Of a stretch of DNA of 64,000 nucleotides, positions 1-9,205 are shown piece after piece. Positions within the stretch are counted from its first letter, which is position 1. Each line of letters opens with the position of its first letter. The stretch lies in the IMG/VR virus record IMGVR_UViG_3300035703_000058, positions 1 to 64,000 of that record. One strand, 5' to 3'. Source of the stretch: a virus. The notes below the pieces were generated by a model. The model worked only from the letters and a program-made list of their open reading frames with translations. It had not been told where the DNA came from and ran no database searches. Both the position numbers and the translations under genes were made by a program.

Positions 1-81
1 GCTTGCAGATCGCGATGGCGTCGGTGGGCTCGCGGAGCCTGTGCGCGACCCGGCCCCACACGATCCACCCGTCGGCGGGCA

Positions 82-477
82 TCATGCCCAGCCCGCGCGC
101 TCGCATCGCCGCCAGCTCGTCCGCTGCTCGGCTCGGCGCCAGGGCTCAGCGCAAGCGGGGCACAGGTGCTCATCCTCGCCGATGGTGAGCGCGCAGGCGG
201 CGCAGACTGGCGCCGAGCAGGTGCGTACCACCGGGGGCCCATCAGCCATAATGCGGACCATCTCGGCGTTGATCCCGCGGACTTCGCGCGCGATCATGCG
301 TCTCTCGCTGGCACCCGCTGCCTCATAGGATGCCGCGAGCGCCTTGCCCTGCGCGTACAGCTCGACCACGTCGGCGATCTCCCACCACGCCCGCGGCGCG
401 TCGCACAGGTAGGCGGCTGGCGCGCCACATAGGCAGACCTCGCTGATGTGCGAGCAGAGAAAGGTGGGCCCGGTCAT
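82..477 (-). CDS. hypothetical Cys-rich protein
   Basis: ORF MTGPTFLC... with CLCG, CAACA and CPAC motifs; start overlaps the upstream stop. Confidence 0.5.
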   Translation of the reverse strand: MTGPTFLCSHISEVCLCGAPAAYLCDAPRAWWEIADVVELYAQGKALAASYEAAGASERRMIAREVRGINAEMVRIMADGPPVVRTCSAPVCAACALTIGEDEHLCPACAEPWRRAEQRTSWRRCERAGWA

Positions 478-703
478 CGCCGCTTCCGCCCCGGTGTGTC
501 GGGCATCGGGCGGCGAATGACGATGCCCGCCAGGGCGTTGGCGCAGCTCCAACAGACCCAGGGTCCGGTGTCGTCGTCCCCATGGCGGAGCAGTAGGGCG
601 GATCGAGGTAGACGACGTAGCCGGTGAGGTCCGCGGGCAACAGGTCCAGACCGCCGAACGCCGCGCTCGCAGCGGACAAAAAGGGGATTGGCAAAGGGAC
701 GAA

Positions 704-1204
704 TCATGGCGCCACCGACCACCCGACATGGGTGGCATCGGCAGCATGTCGGATCTGGCCGTGTGCGTCGCAGAAACCGAAGGTCACGCCGCGCTCGGCG
801 GCTTTGGGCATGTACTGGCCCGCGTACAGGTACAACGCCGCCAGCGGCACCTTCCAATACGGCGCCGACAACTCGCGGAGCAGGCGCTCGGTGTGCTCGG
901 TGCGCCTGACGACGTGGGCGAACGTGCGGGCCGCCCACCGGTCGTTGGCGTCGAGCTGGGCCAGCGCCGCCCGAACTGCAGAGCGTCGGGAGCCGAGCCC
1001 GGAGACGAAGACCCGCGTGAGGTCGGGCACCAGCCGCCCATCCGAGGCGGCGTAGACGTGGGTGGTCCACCCGGGGAGCAAGGCGCCGACGTCGTGCTCG
1101 CCCTCCACGTCGCTGTAGATCAGTTCGCCCACCAAGACGCCGCTGGCGTGGACGAGATAGAGGCGGGTCGGCCCATCGGCGATTGGGGCGTCGATGGTGA
1201 TCAT
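704..1204 (-). CDS. hypothetical protein
   Basis: ORF MITIDAP...; ATGA overlap with the mom-like gene. Confidence 0.6.
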   Translation of the reverse strand: MITIDAPIADGPTRLYLVHASGVLVGELIYSDVEGEHDVGALLPGWTTHVYAASDGRLVPDLTRVFVSGLGSRRSAVRAALAQLDANDRWAARTFAHVVRRTEHTERLLRELSAPYWKVPLAALYLYAGQYMPKAAERGVTFGFCDAHGQIRHAADATHVGWSVAP

Positions 1205-2010
1205 GCGACCCTCACGAGAGCTTCGCCCTTGGGGTAGGGTAGCGAGGGGAGCTTGGTGCCGTCCAAACGCCAGCCGTAGGCGATGTTGCCCGGGTGGCGG
1301 ACCCGTCGGAAGCGGGTGCGGTCGGCGAGCGCACGGCGCACATAGTCGCCGCCATCCTCGCCCAGCCGGCGCGTCGGTGCGCCCCACCGCTGTAGCTGCG
1401 CATAGGTGTAGTCGGCGCCGCGGTCGCCCGTGCGGAGCTTGGACAGGGCGCGCTCGGAGAGCACCGAGCCGTCGGGGCTGAGAATCAGCGTGCGCGGGGT
1501 GGATCGGCCAAGGTGCGCGCCGTTGGTGGCTTGGTAGATGACGCCTATATGGCCCGGCGTCACCACACGCCCGTCCAGGCTCACCCGCTGCACGGGGTCG
1601 GAGAAGCTGAGGACGCCGCCGACGTTGGGCAAGACGCGACGCAGCAACCGGAAGGCCCGGGCGATGAACCAGCTCTCGCCGTTGGCGGGCACGTCGTCAA
1701 GCAGGACGAGGCGGCCAAGCTCCACCGCCTCAACGCCTGGGAACCAGCAGTCCAGCACCTTCGGTCCGGCTGGCACCGAGAAGACCGCGACGCCGACAAG
1801 CTCCGCCGTGACCCATGCGCGGCTTCGGTACAAACCCACGGCGAGGCGGGCGGCAACGTAGGAGGCGCTGTAGTGGTGGTCGACCACGAACCGGCGGGCG
1901 TCGCGTTCCTCAACCACCTCGACGCCGTGGCGGGTCGGGTCGATGGGCTCGCCCGCGGGGCGGTAGGTGTCCCGGCGCTCGCGCCAGCGTTGGCAAACGA
2001 GTGGGTTCAT
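1201..2010 (-). CDS. mom: Mom-family (GNAT-fold) adenine-modification protein
   Basis: Motifs HHYS, LVGVAVF, ELGRLVLLDDVPANGESWFIARAF, VLSFSDP, GHIGVIYQATN. Confidence 0.8.
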   Translation of the reverse strand: MNPLVCQRWRERRDTYRPAGEPIDPTRHGVEVVEERDARRFVVDHHYSASYVAARLAVGLYRSRAWVTAELVGVAVFSVPAGPKVLDCWFPGVEAVELGRLVLLDDVPANGESWFIARAFRLLRRVLPNVGGVLSFSDPVQRVSLDGRVVTPGHIGVIYQATNGAHLGRSTPRTLILSPDGSVLSERALSKLRTGDRGADYTYAQLQRWGAPTRRLGEDGGDYVRRALADRTRFRRVRHPGNIAYGWRLDGTKLPSLPYPKGEALVRVA

Positions 2011-2672
2011 GGCGTTACCCGAAGAAACGTGAGGAGCGACGTGATGCCGCGTCGTTCCATTTCGTTCCCGAGTTCGTGCAACCGGGTGGCCTCTTCTTGC
2101 GAGTACGCCTTCATGGGCGATGGACCAAGCCCTGGGGGGTAGACCGTGGCTGGCCATACAAGCTTTGCGTTGCGCTCGCGCCAGTCGAAGTCATTGGCCA
2201 GCCAGCATGGCCCCTTGTGGACGATGCAGCCGCAGTCCTGTGGCAATTGTTCAGCCGCCTCGCGCCACCCTGCCGGCACGCCAATTTGCTCCTTGATCAC
2301 GTCCGGATGAAGCGTGCCGTCCTCAAACAGCGGGTCGCCGAATCGATGCGCCAGCCACCGTCGCCCGGTTTCGTCCTGCCATACGCAATACACCGGCTTG
2401 CGTTCCGGCACCGGGGTAGGTGTGGATGGCCAAGAGAGCGTTGGGGGCGGGGGCGGCGGCGCATCTGGCGTTGGCGGCGGTATGCTGGGCTTCGGCTTCG
2501 GCCTTTTGCGTGGTGGTGTAGGCGCCGTTCCGGGAACGGCGCCGCAACCGTTCACGATGGGCTTCGGAGCGTTTGATCGCGGCACATACACATTCGGCAG
2601 TGCCTTCGTGTCGATCATGAGTCGCCCGTCCGCGGCGATAGTCACCTCCTCCATTTTCGTGGCGTCAGCCAT
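2007..2672 (-). CDS. hypothetical protein with Pro-rich linker
   Basis: ORF MADATKM...; coupled to neighbouring genes. Confidence 0.5.
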   Translation of the reverse strand: MADATKMEEVTIAADGRLMIDTKALPNVYVPRSNAPKPIVNGCGAVPGTAPTPPRKRPKPKPSIPPPTPDAPPPPPPTLSWPSTPTPVPERKPVYCVWQDETGRRWLAHRFGDPLFEDGTLHPDVIKEQIGVPAGWREAAEQLPQDCGCIVHKGPCWLANDFDWRERNAKLVWPATVYPPGLGPSPMKAYSQEEATRLHELGNEMERRGITSLLTFLRVTP

Positions 2673-3141
2673 GCCGCGCCTCCCCATGAAGGGGGCACGG
2701 GCGGCCCGTCAACGCCTCGAACTCGCAGCCGCGGCACTCGCCATCGTGCGGCGTGGTCCAGGTGTAGCCGTCGCTGTCCACCACCACGCGCTCCTCTTCG
2801 GCGCACTCGCAGCCCACACGGAACTGCGGATCGACGGGCATCCAGAAGTGGCGGGCGTTGCCGGGGTGGTGGTTGTCCTCTTCGGCGCCGACAAGGCCGA
2901 AGGCGATGAGGGCAAGCTCCACGTCCTGCCGCCGGGGTCGGTGGCCGGCGCGGCTGATCGAGACGTGCCACTGTGGCCCGGGTTCGTCGCGGCGCGGGAG
3001 CTTGGCCATCTCCAGCGCCGAAATGACGCAGACCGCGCCACGGCGGTAGATGGCGGCGCTGAGGACGTTGGGGCCGGGGTAGGGGCCGACGTGCCTCCAG
3101 GCGGTGCCCTTCGGGGGGCGGTGGGCGAGGGTGGCGTTCAT
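2665..3141 (-). CDS. hypothetical phage protein (His/Cys-rich)
   Basis: WHVSIS...EEDNHH...HFW...CEC motifs; coupled ORF. Confidence 0.6.
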   Translation of the reverse strand: MNATLAHRPPKGTAWRHVGPYPGPNVLSAAIYRRGAVCVISALEMAKLPRRDEPGPQWHVSISRAGHRPRRQDVELALIAFGLVGAEEDNHHPGNARHFWMPVDPQFRVGCECAEEERVVVDSDGYTWTTPHDGECRGCEFEALTGRPCPLHGEARHG

Positions 3142-3563
3142 CGTTGCCGCCCACCAAACAAGCCGGTCTGCCGTTCGTCCTGCAGCGGAGTCGCATCGGC
3201 AGCCTGTGGCCATGACGTCGCGGTGCGCCAGCCGGGGAAGGGCATCTCGGCGCCACGCTCCCACCACCGACGGCGCCAGCCCCGGAAGCCTGTCACCTGC
3301 TCGGGAATCGTCACCGCGACGGCGCCACCGCGACGGCAGATCACCCACTGGCCTTCGTGGCGAACCAGTCGGGTCACGGGGGCGTAGCCGCGCACAAGAC
3401 CACGCGCGACGATGTAGAGGCGGTCGCCGGGTCCGATGTCAGGCTTCGCGCCGCCAAGAAAGAAGCCCCATTCCTCGCCCGTCTCGGGCTCTCCGGCGGC
3501 GTCGCCCTCACGAATCCAGTCGGGCCAGAAGCCCATCGGAACGGTTACAACGAGATCAGACAT
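3138..3563 (-). CDS. hypothetical protein, possible ASCH/PUA-like fold
   Basis: PGDRLYIV...GYAPV...GFRGWR; RBS-like GAGG upstream. Confidence 0.6.
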   Translation of the reverse strand: MSDLVVTVPMGFWPDWIREGDAAGEPETGEEWGFFLGGAKPDIGPGDRLYIVARGLVRGYAPVTRLVRHEGQWVICRRGGAVAVTIPEQVTGFRGWRRRWWERGAEMPFPGWRTATSWPQAADATPLQDERQTGLFGGRQR

Positions 3564-3566
3564 GGG

Positions 3567-3956
3567 TCACCTCATCCCTTCGTACATGCGCCACCGAAGC
3601 CAATCGCCGAAGGAAACGCCGATGTCGGCGCTGAGCCATGCCGTGTAGCGGTCCTTCGACCGTCGCTTGTGGGCTGGGGTCTCAGCCTGACGGGCGCGAT
3701 GCTGCTTGGCGTGAATGCGCAGCGCGTGGACCTTGCCGGCGGCGGTCACCAGCCAAGCACGGTCGCCAGCGGCGAGGTAGCCGGGCGCGCGCGCCTCGAC
3801 CATATGGCCCGCGGCGACAGCGGCCAGCACGTCGGGCCCGGGCTCGGCGCCGCTGACGTAGCTGTTGCGCCACGGTAAGACGTGCCGGTCGTCGAGCCCA
3901 AGGGCGTGGAGCAACACCTCGTCAGCGGCGCTCTTCGGGGTGCGGGTGTCAGCCAT
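3567..3956 (-). CDS. hypothetical phage protein
   Basis: LLHALG...WRNSY...SFGDWLR; coupled ORF. Confidence 0.6.
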   Translation of the reverse strand: MADTRTPKSAADEVLLHALGLDDRHVLPWRNSYVSGAEPGPDVLAAVAAGHMVEARAPGYLAAGDRAWLVTAAGKVHALRIHAKQHRARQAETPAHKRRSKDRYTAWLSADIGVSFGDWLRWRMYEGMR

Positions 3957-4401
3957 CGCTCGTCTCCCAGTCGGAGGCATCCTCGGTTTCGTCCTCGCCG
4001 ATGTACTCGTCAGGGTCCAGGTCAAGCGCCGAGCAGATCGCTTGTGCCGCGGTGGAGCCCACGCTCAGCGTCTCGGCGACGTGCGCCCAGCGCAGACCGC
4101 GCCCTTTGCCGGGCCGGGGGCGCCGGCAAACCTGACGCAGCAGGTCCAGCTCAGAGCGCTCGAAGGTGGGCACGTCATGGCGCACCCGCGCCACGAACGG
4201 CGTCGGGGTCGCGATGCGCCGCTGCTCTTCGGCGAACGGAACCGCCTCTGCCGTCTCGCTGCCGAGCACGCCGGAGTCGTCCTCATACAGCCCCGCTTCG
4301 GCGAGGCTGTCGGTGTAGCCGGCGCGGTTGGCGCGCCAGTAGGTGCCGCGCCCGCTTCGGTGGTCGGGCTTCACGCGGTAGACGAACAGGTCGCGCATCA
4401 T
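3949..4401 (-). CDS. hypothetical phage protein
   Basis: YWRANRAGYT...AGLY; GGAG RBS upstream. Confidence 0.6.
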   Translation of the reverse strand: MMRDLFVYRVKPDHRSGRGTYWRANRAGYTDSLAEAGLYEDDSGVLGSETAEAVPFAEEQRRIATPTPFVARVRHDVPTFERSELDLLRQVCRRPRPGKGRGLRWAHVAETLSVGSTAAQAICSALDLDPDEYIGEDETEDASDWETSDG

Positions 4402-4420
4402 GACTCCTGTGGGCGCCCGG

Positions 4421-4608
4421 TGTGCGGGCGGGTTGTGCGGGTTTCGGGACGCGCGGGGACCGCACGGGACACAATGGACCCGCACAGGCGCGTCAAGTGT
4501 GCAGGTTCAACCTGGACCGCATGGGTATCCCAAAGTCCGTGACGGACTTTACGAGGTGAGCGATTCCGCGCACTTGTGACGCTGTGCGGGTCTGGTGTGC
4601 GGGTCTGG
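4421..4608. other. candidate attP: palindromic core with integrase arm-type repeats
   Basis: Palindrome AAAGTCCGT-G-ACGGACTTT (4532-4550). TGTGCGGG at 4421, 4434, 4583 and 4596, an inverted copy at 4479-4486 and a variant at 4498. Non-coding, downstream of int. Confidence 0.6.
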
Positions 4609-4920
4609 CTATCCACCGGGCACCTCGCCAGGGCACGCCCTCGCCGCCGCCACGTCCTGCACCCGCCGCCTCGTCTCGGGTGAGAGCGCCCGCTTGCCAG
4701 CGGCGACATAGCCGATGGTGGAGCGAGAGACGCCGGCCTTGGTGGCGAGCGCGCACCGGGTCAGGTGATCGAGCAGGCCCACCACGAGCCGCTGATCTGC
4801 GGCGCGCTGCTCGGGGCTCGCGCCGGGTCGGCCCGGGCGTCGAAGGTGCGCGGCGCGGGGGTCGCCTTCCTCCAAGAGCAGGCGGGCGAGGGCGCGGCGG
4901 TCGGTCTGGTCGGTGCGCAT
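4609..4920 (-). CDS. XRE-like HTH protein
   Basis: ALATKAGVSRSTIGYVAAG; TAAGGAG RBS. Confidence 0.7.
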   Translation of the reverse strand: MRTDQTDRRALARLLLEEGDPRAAHLRRPGRPGASPEQRAADQRLVVGLLDHLTRCALATKAGVSRSTIGYVAAGKRALSPETRRRVQDVAAARACPGEVPGG

Positions 4921-5024
4921 GTGCTCCTTATAGGCCAAGCGCGCCGCAAGCGCCACACTACCGTATACAATTCTGTCTCCACCGCGGGCGCGCCGACGAA
5001 CGGCCCAGCATCGGGGCCGACTTC

Positions 5025-6176
5025 TCAGCGTTTGAAGGGAAGCACCTTCGCGGCGTCGGCTTCGGCGGCGGCGCTGGGGAGCACGCCGAGACGGGCCTTG
5101 GCGGCGGCGGCCTGGAGCTGCTGAGGGCCGGCGCGTCGCCTGTAGCGCAACGCGGTCTCCGGGCTGTGGCCGATGAGCCCGGCCTCGGTCTTGGCGTCGG
5201 TGCCGGCGTCGATAAGCTGATTGACGGCGCCGTAGCGGAAGGCATAGGCGGTGAAGGGGGCGATGCCGGCGCGCTCGGCGGCGGTGGCCAGCGTGTAGCG
5301 GGCCAGCCCCGCGATCTGATCGTAGGAGACGCCGAGCACGGTGCCGTGGGCGCGCTCGGGATGCCGGTCCAGCCACGCCAGCACGGCATCAGCGATCGAG
5401 GCGTCGACGGGCACCTCACGGGGGTTGGCCTTGCCGCGGGCGAAGACGAGCACGCCGCGCTCCAACTCGGTGCGACGCACGCTGAGCTGGTGCAGCTCGC
5501 CGGGGCGGCAGCCGGTCGCGAAGAGGATCAGGACGGCGAGGCGGCGCCAATCGTCGGGAACGTGGGGCAGCAGCAACTCCACCTCTTCGGGGGTGAGTGA
5601 CCGGCGCAGCTTCTCCGGGACGTTGACCCGGGCCGTCGGTGGGTCGGCACGCAGGGCCTCGATGTCGAGGTGCTTGCGTCCCCACACCCACGCCAGCGCG
5701 AGCACCCGGATGTCCTTGGCCACCGTCGATGGCTCGTAGCCCTGCCCGATCTTGGCGTCTCTGTAGCCGGCGATGTCGGCGTTGCGGAGCTGGGTGAGGC
5801 GGACGGCGCCGAGCCCGCCGAGCAGGCGCTGGGCAGAGACGCGGTGGGCCTTGCGGGTGACTTCGACGATGTCCGCCCGGGCGTCAACGGCGGCGATCCA
5901 CTCGCCGAGCAGGTCGCCCAGCAGCAGGACCGGGGCGGGGGTGCGCGCCGCCTTGCGCCAGGCGCCGCCGGTGTAGGCGGCCAGGATGGGGGAGTCGGTG
6001 CGGTCCAGCTCCTTGCGTGTGCCCCAGCCGCTCCACACGGTCGAGGACTTGCCATCGGCGTAGACCTCCGCGCGCCACCGCCACCGCTTCGGCGCCGCCG
6101 GGTCGGGTCCCCCGATGCAGCGCACGCGCACCTCGCCGAGCTTCCAGGGGTCGGGCTTGGAAGGCGGCTTGCTCAT
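5025..6176 (-). CDS. int: tyrosine recombinase/integrase
   Basis: LFATGCRPGEL (box I Arg), YAFR, IGHS...ALRY (catalytic Tyr). Confidence 0.9.
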   Translation of the reverse strand: MSKPPSKPDPWKLGEVRVRCIGGPDPAAPKRWRWRAEVYADGKSSTVWSGWGTRKELDRTDSPILAAYTGGAWRKAARTPAPVLLLGDLLGEWIAAVDARADIVEVTRKAHRVSAQRLLGGLGAVRLTQLRNADIAGYRDAKIGQGYEPSTVAKDIRVLALAWVWGRKHLDIEALRADPPTARVNVPEKLRRSLTPEEVELLLPHVPDDWRRLAVLILFATGCRPGELHQLSVRRTELERGVLVFARGKANPREVPVDASIADAVLAWLDRHPERAHGTVLGVSYDQIAGLARYTLATAAERAGIAPFTAYAFRYGAVNQLIDAGTDAKTEAGLIGHSPETALRYRRRAGPQQLQAAAAKARLGVLPSAAAEADAAKVLPFKR

Positions 6177-6436
6177 CGGGCACGCTTCGTTGACACGGCC
6201 CTCAGCGTACCACGTCGGGCCGACGGGGGCGCCGCGGGTGGTGGGGCCTGCCCCGCTCCGGTCAGGCGCCCGTGGCGGATCGCGTCGAGCAGGTCGTCGG
6301 TGATGACCCGCTCGGTGTCGCCGACGCCGTGGACCAGCCCCGCCGCCTGGAGCAGCGCCCGGGCCGTGGTCCGCCGCACGCCGAGCTGGCGGGCAGCTTC
6401 GGCGACGGTGAGCACGAGCGGGCGCGCGGGGGCCAT
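6173..6436 (-). CDS. xis: excisionase-like HTH protein
   Basis: LTVAEAARQLGV; ATGA-coupled to int. Confidence 0.7.
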   Translation of the reverse strand: MAPARPLVLTVAEAARQLGVRRTTARALLQAAGLVHGVGDTERVITDDLLDAIRHGRLTGAGQAPPPAAPPSARRGTLRAVSTKRAR

Positions 6437-6439
6437 GGG

Positions 6440-7027
6440 CTATTCGTCCTCGTTGCTGGCGCTGGGGTCCTGTGCCCCGGCTGCCTTGCACAAGGCGTCG
6501 ATGGCCTCAGCGGGCGATGCGTGGTCGCTGGGCGGCGGCGCCCCGGGCCCGCCGGTGCGCCAGTCGCCGCTGGGGGCGCGGGACAGCCACCGGCCATCGG
6601 CGGTGCTGGCGTTAGCGCACCACCACCAACCAGCGGGAAGCGGGGGAAACGACGCGCACAGGTGGGCGAGGTCGCGCAGCCCAGCCTCGATCGCGCTGAG
6701 GCGCGCTTCGACCCGCGGGGGCAGGGCGTCGGGCTCGCCAGGGACGGCGTCGCCCGCGCTCACTTCGGCCATCGTCGGCGGAAACGGCATCGGCCACCTC
6801 GCGGGGGTGGGCTCGTCATTTTCGCGCGACTCGGCCAACTCCGCAGCCAGGTCAACGCCAGGCGCAAGATGAACCGGTCGCCAGGGCTCACCGGGTCGGG
6901 TCGGCACGCTCACCCCGGCGCGAGCCAACAGCTTGTGTGCGTGGGCGAGGCGTGCCTCTAACGCGGGCACCTTCGCCGCCTCGGAGAGCAGGCGGTCTAC
7001 GGCGGTGCGGGCTTCGATCGGGCTCAT
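6440..7027 (-). CDS. hypothetical protein
   Basis: Coupled ORF MSPIEART... Confidence 0.55.
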   Translation of the reverse strand: MSPIEARTAVDRLLSEAAKVPALEARLAHAHKLLARAGVSVPTRPGEPWRPVHLAPGVDLAAELAESRENDEPTPARWPMPFPPTMAEVSAGDAVPGEPDALPPRVEARLSAIEAGLRDLAHLCASFPPLPAGWWWCANASTADGRWLSRAPSGDWRTGGPGAPPPSDHASPAEAIDALCKAAGAQDPSASNEDE

Positions 7028-7587
7028 CGGTCGCCTCCAAGCGCCCAAAGGCGCGAGTCAAGGATCTGCGGGTCGGTCTGGAGCAGCGTCTCCAACTCAT
7101 CCCAAACGGCCACGAGGGGCGCCCACGCTGGCCACCGCTCGGCCACAAGGGGCAGGCGCTCACGCAGATCGGGCACCCGCGCGAGCAGCCGCGAGCAGCG
7201 GCCGAAGTCGTCGGCGTCCCTTGGGGTGTCGCCGCGCGCGCCAACGTGCTCGGCTTCTTTGGCAGCCTGGCCCGTGCCTGCCGCGGCGAGAATGGACCGT
7301 GCCGAGAGGCCGGTGTCGGTGCCGCGCACCCAGCGCAGAGCCGGGTCGGCCGTGATGCGCGCGATGCTGGCCTCGATCTCCGCGCACCACTTGGCGGCGT
7401 TCGCGGGCGAGGTGAACACGAACGATTGGCGCAGCGCCGTAGCGATGCCCGCGTGGAGGTGCGTTGCACCGAGTGCGCGGGCCATCTGCGCCACTGCGTT
7501 GAATTGCTTGATTTGCAGCGGATCACGGACACAGACGCCATAGCGCATGATCTCGATAGTCACGGCGGAATCGGAAAAGTCAGTCAT
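7024..7587 (-). CDS. conserved hypothetical phage protein
   Basis: TGLSARSI...PRDADDFGRC..LL motif; GAGG RBS. Confidence 0.65.
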   Translation of the reverse strand: MTDFSDSAVTIEIMRYGVCVRDPLQIKQFNAVAQMARALGATHLHAGIATALRQSFVFTSPANAAKWCAEIEASIARITADPALRWVRGTDTGLSARSILAAAGTGQAAKEAEHVGARGDTPRDADDFGRCSRLLARVPDLRERLPLVAERWPAWAPLVAVWDELETLLQTDPQILDSRLWALGGDR

Positions 7588-7597
7588 CGGTCACCTC

Positions 7598-7662
7598 GAA
7601 AAGAAAAGCCGGGCCGCGACGAAGCGCAAGGAGGGCGCTGCCCAAGTGCCACGGTCCCGGCT
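7598..7662 (-). terminator. candidate intrinsic terminator or structured leader
   Basis: Stem AGCCGGG(A)CCG...CGGCCCGGCT enclosing an inner hairpin, then TTTCTTTTC. Confidence 0.4.
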
Positions 7663-7667
7663 AAGGG

Positions 7668-8384
7668 TCAGATAACGGCCGCCGCCCGGCGCAGGCGAAC
7701 CAGCGCCTCCGCGACGCGGTTGATCGCGCGCTCGCCATCGTGGTCTGAGCCATCGGTGGCGCTGACAGGCATCAGCATGTGAAGCATCTCGTGGACAAGC
7801 GTCGTCTCACAGTCCCGGTAGCCCGGCGCGATGTCGGCGGGCATGTCGGCGACGTCGAGCATACGAATGGTCGCCGCGCCGGTGCTCGCGTTGCTTGACA
7901 GAAAGCCGGCGGTGTAGGCGCCTTTGCCAAGGTCCACCCACTTGGGCAGACGGTAGGTTTCGAGTGTGATGTCCCAATCCATAAGCCGAAGTTCTCGGCT
8001 CCAGAAGTCGAGCAGAACGCCCAGGTCGTCCATCGTGGGCGCCTTGTACAGCGCGGGCGCGGGCGTCCCGGTCGATGGCCCGTCCAAGTTGGTGATCGCC
8101 TTGTGGGCGTCGTCGCAGAGCTTGGCGAGGTGCGCGGCTTCTGCCCGCTCTGCTTTCCACCCGTTGAGCGCGTAGGCGATCCAGTCGGGCAGCCCATTGG
8201 GCAACTCGCAGTCCTCGGGCGGCTGCGGCACAGGCGATGTGCTCATGACCGTTCGCGCAGCGGCGAGTACCGCGTGAAGGCGCTCACACTCAGCGCGAAG
8301 CACGGAGATTTTCCCGAGCAGGCGTGCCCGCTCGGTCGGTGTGGTTTCGTTCATGTCGTCCTCGTTGAAAAGTGAGTCACTCAT
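7668..8384 (-). CDS. HEXXH metallopeptidase-like phage protein
   Basis: W...LRLMDWDI and ETTLVHEMLH. Confidence 0.6.
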   Translation of the reverse strand: MSDSLFNEDDMNETTPTERARLLGKISVLRAECERLHAVLAAARTVMSTSPVPQPPEDCELPNGLPDWIAYALNGWKAERAEAAHLAKLCDDAHKAITNLDGPSTGTPAPALYKAPTMDDLGVLLDFWSRELRLMDWDITLETYRLPKWVDLGKGAYTAGFLSSNASTGAATIRMLDVADMPADIAPGYRDCETTLVHEMLHMLMPVSATDGSDHDGERAINRVAEALVRLRRAAAVI

Positions 8385-8769
8385 CGCGCACCCCCATCGC
8401 CGCGAGAAGGCGCTCGCGCTCGGCGATGCGACGGCTGCGCAGGCGATCCAGCGCGTCGATGTCGCTGCTCAGGTCGGCGAGACGGTGCTCGGCCTGCTGT
8501 CCCCGCCCGGTCAGCGCCTCCAGCGTGGCCACCCTGGCGCGGAGCGTGGCGATCGTGTTGTGTTTGGCCTGGATTGCGGCTTGCAGGCTACGCAGCGCCA
8601 CAGCCTGGCGCTCGATCTTGGCCTGCATGGCGGCGCGATCGAGTGCGTCTCGGGCACGATCGAGTGTGGCTCGGGCGCGCTCCGCTTGCAGCGCCTCGCA
8701 GGTCTGCATCATCGTGGGGTGCGCGGACATGTCCGCCGCGCAGAACGGGCAGCTCGTGGGGTTAAGCAT
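8377..8769 (-). CDS. coiled-coil hypothetical protein
   Basis: CPFC followed by a heptad-rich helix. Confidence 0.55.
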   Translation of the reverse strand: MLNPTSCPFCAADMSAHPTMMQTCEALQAERARATLDRARDALDRAAMQAKIERQAVALRSLQAAIQAKHNTIATLRARVATLEALTGRGQQAEHRLADLSSDIDALDRLRSRRIAERERLLAAMGVRDE

Positions 8770-9205
8770 TGACTTTCTCTCCGTACAAAACCACCCGCCA
8801 GCCCGCGCGAACCAGGAACGGCGCGAGCCATTCGATGTGACAGGGGTGGGTGCGCTTGGGACTGTCCGGACGCGCACAGGCGCAGAAAAGCGTGTCCCCG
8901 TCGGCGACGGGGACCGCTACGGCGCGCTTGTCTTCGCGGCGCACGCTGACGAGGGCTCCGGGGGCAAAGCGCCCCAAGCCGTCAAGATAGAGCCATCGAA
9001 GCCGGCACCTCTCGGCGTACTCCTCGATGCCGATCCGGCGCGCCTGGACGTCGAGCAGGTCATCCAGGAAGGGCGCCGCGACACCGACTTTACCATCGCC
9101 GCGCGCCCACCACGGAGGGTTGGCCATGGCGCACAGTTTGGCGCCTGGTCCGTGTTGGCCGCGGCTGGCGAGATTGGTGAGGTGCAGGGTCGGGCGGTCA
9201 GCCAT
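8762..9205 (-). CDS. hypothetical protein (possibly DUF488-like)
   Basis: TLFCAC...CH..WLA motif. Confidence 0.5.
   Translation of the reverse strand: MADRPTLHLTNLASRGQHGPGAKLCAMANPPWWARGDGKVGVAAPFLDDLLDVQARRIGIEEYAERCRLRWLYLDGLGRFAPGALVSVRREDKRAVAVPVADGDTLFCACARPDSPKRTHPCHIEWLAPFLVRAGWRVVLYGEKVNA

Noticed and set aside
4925-5024. Gap directly downstream of int as attP
   Set aside because: Lacks repeats; better explained as the promoter/RBS of the HTH gene, and 4421-4608 fits attP better
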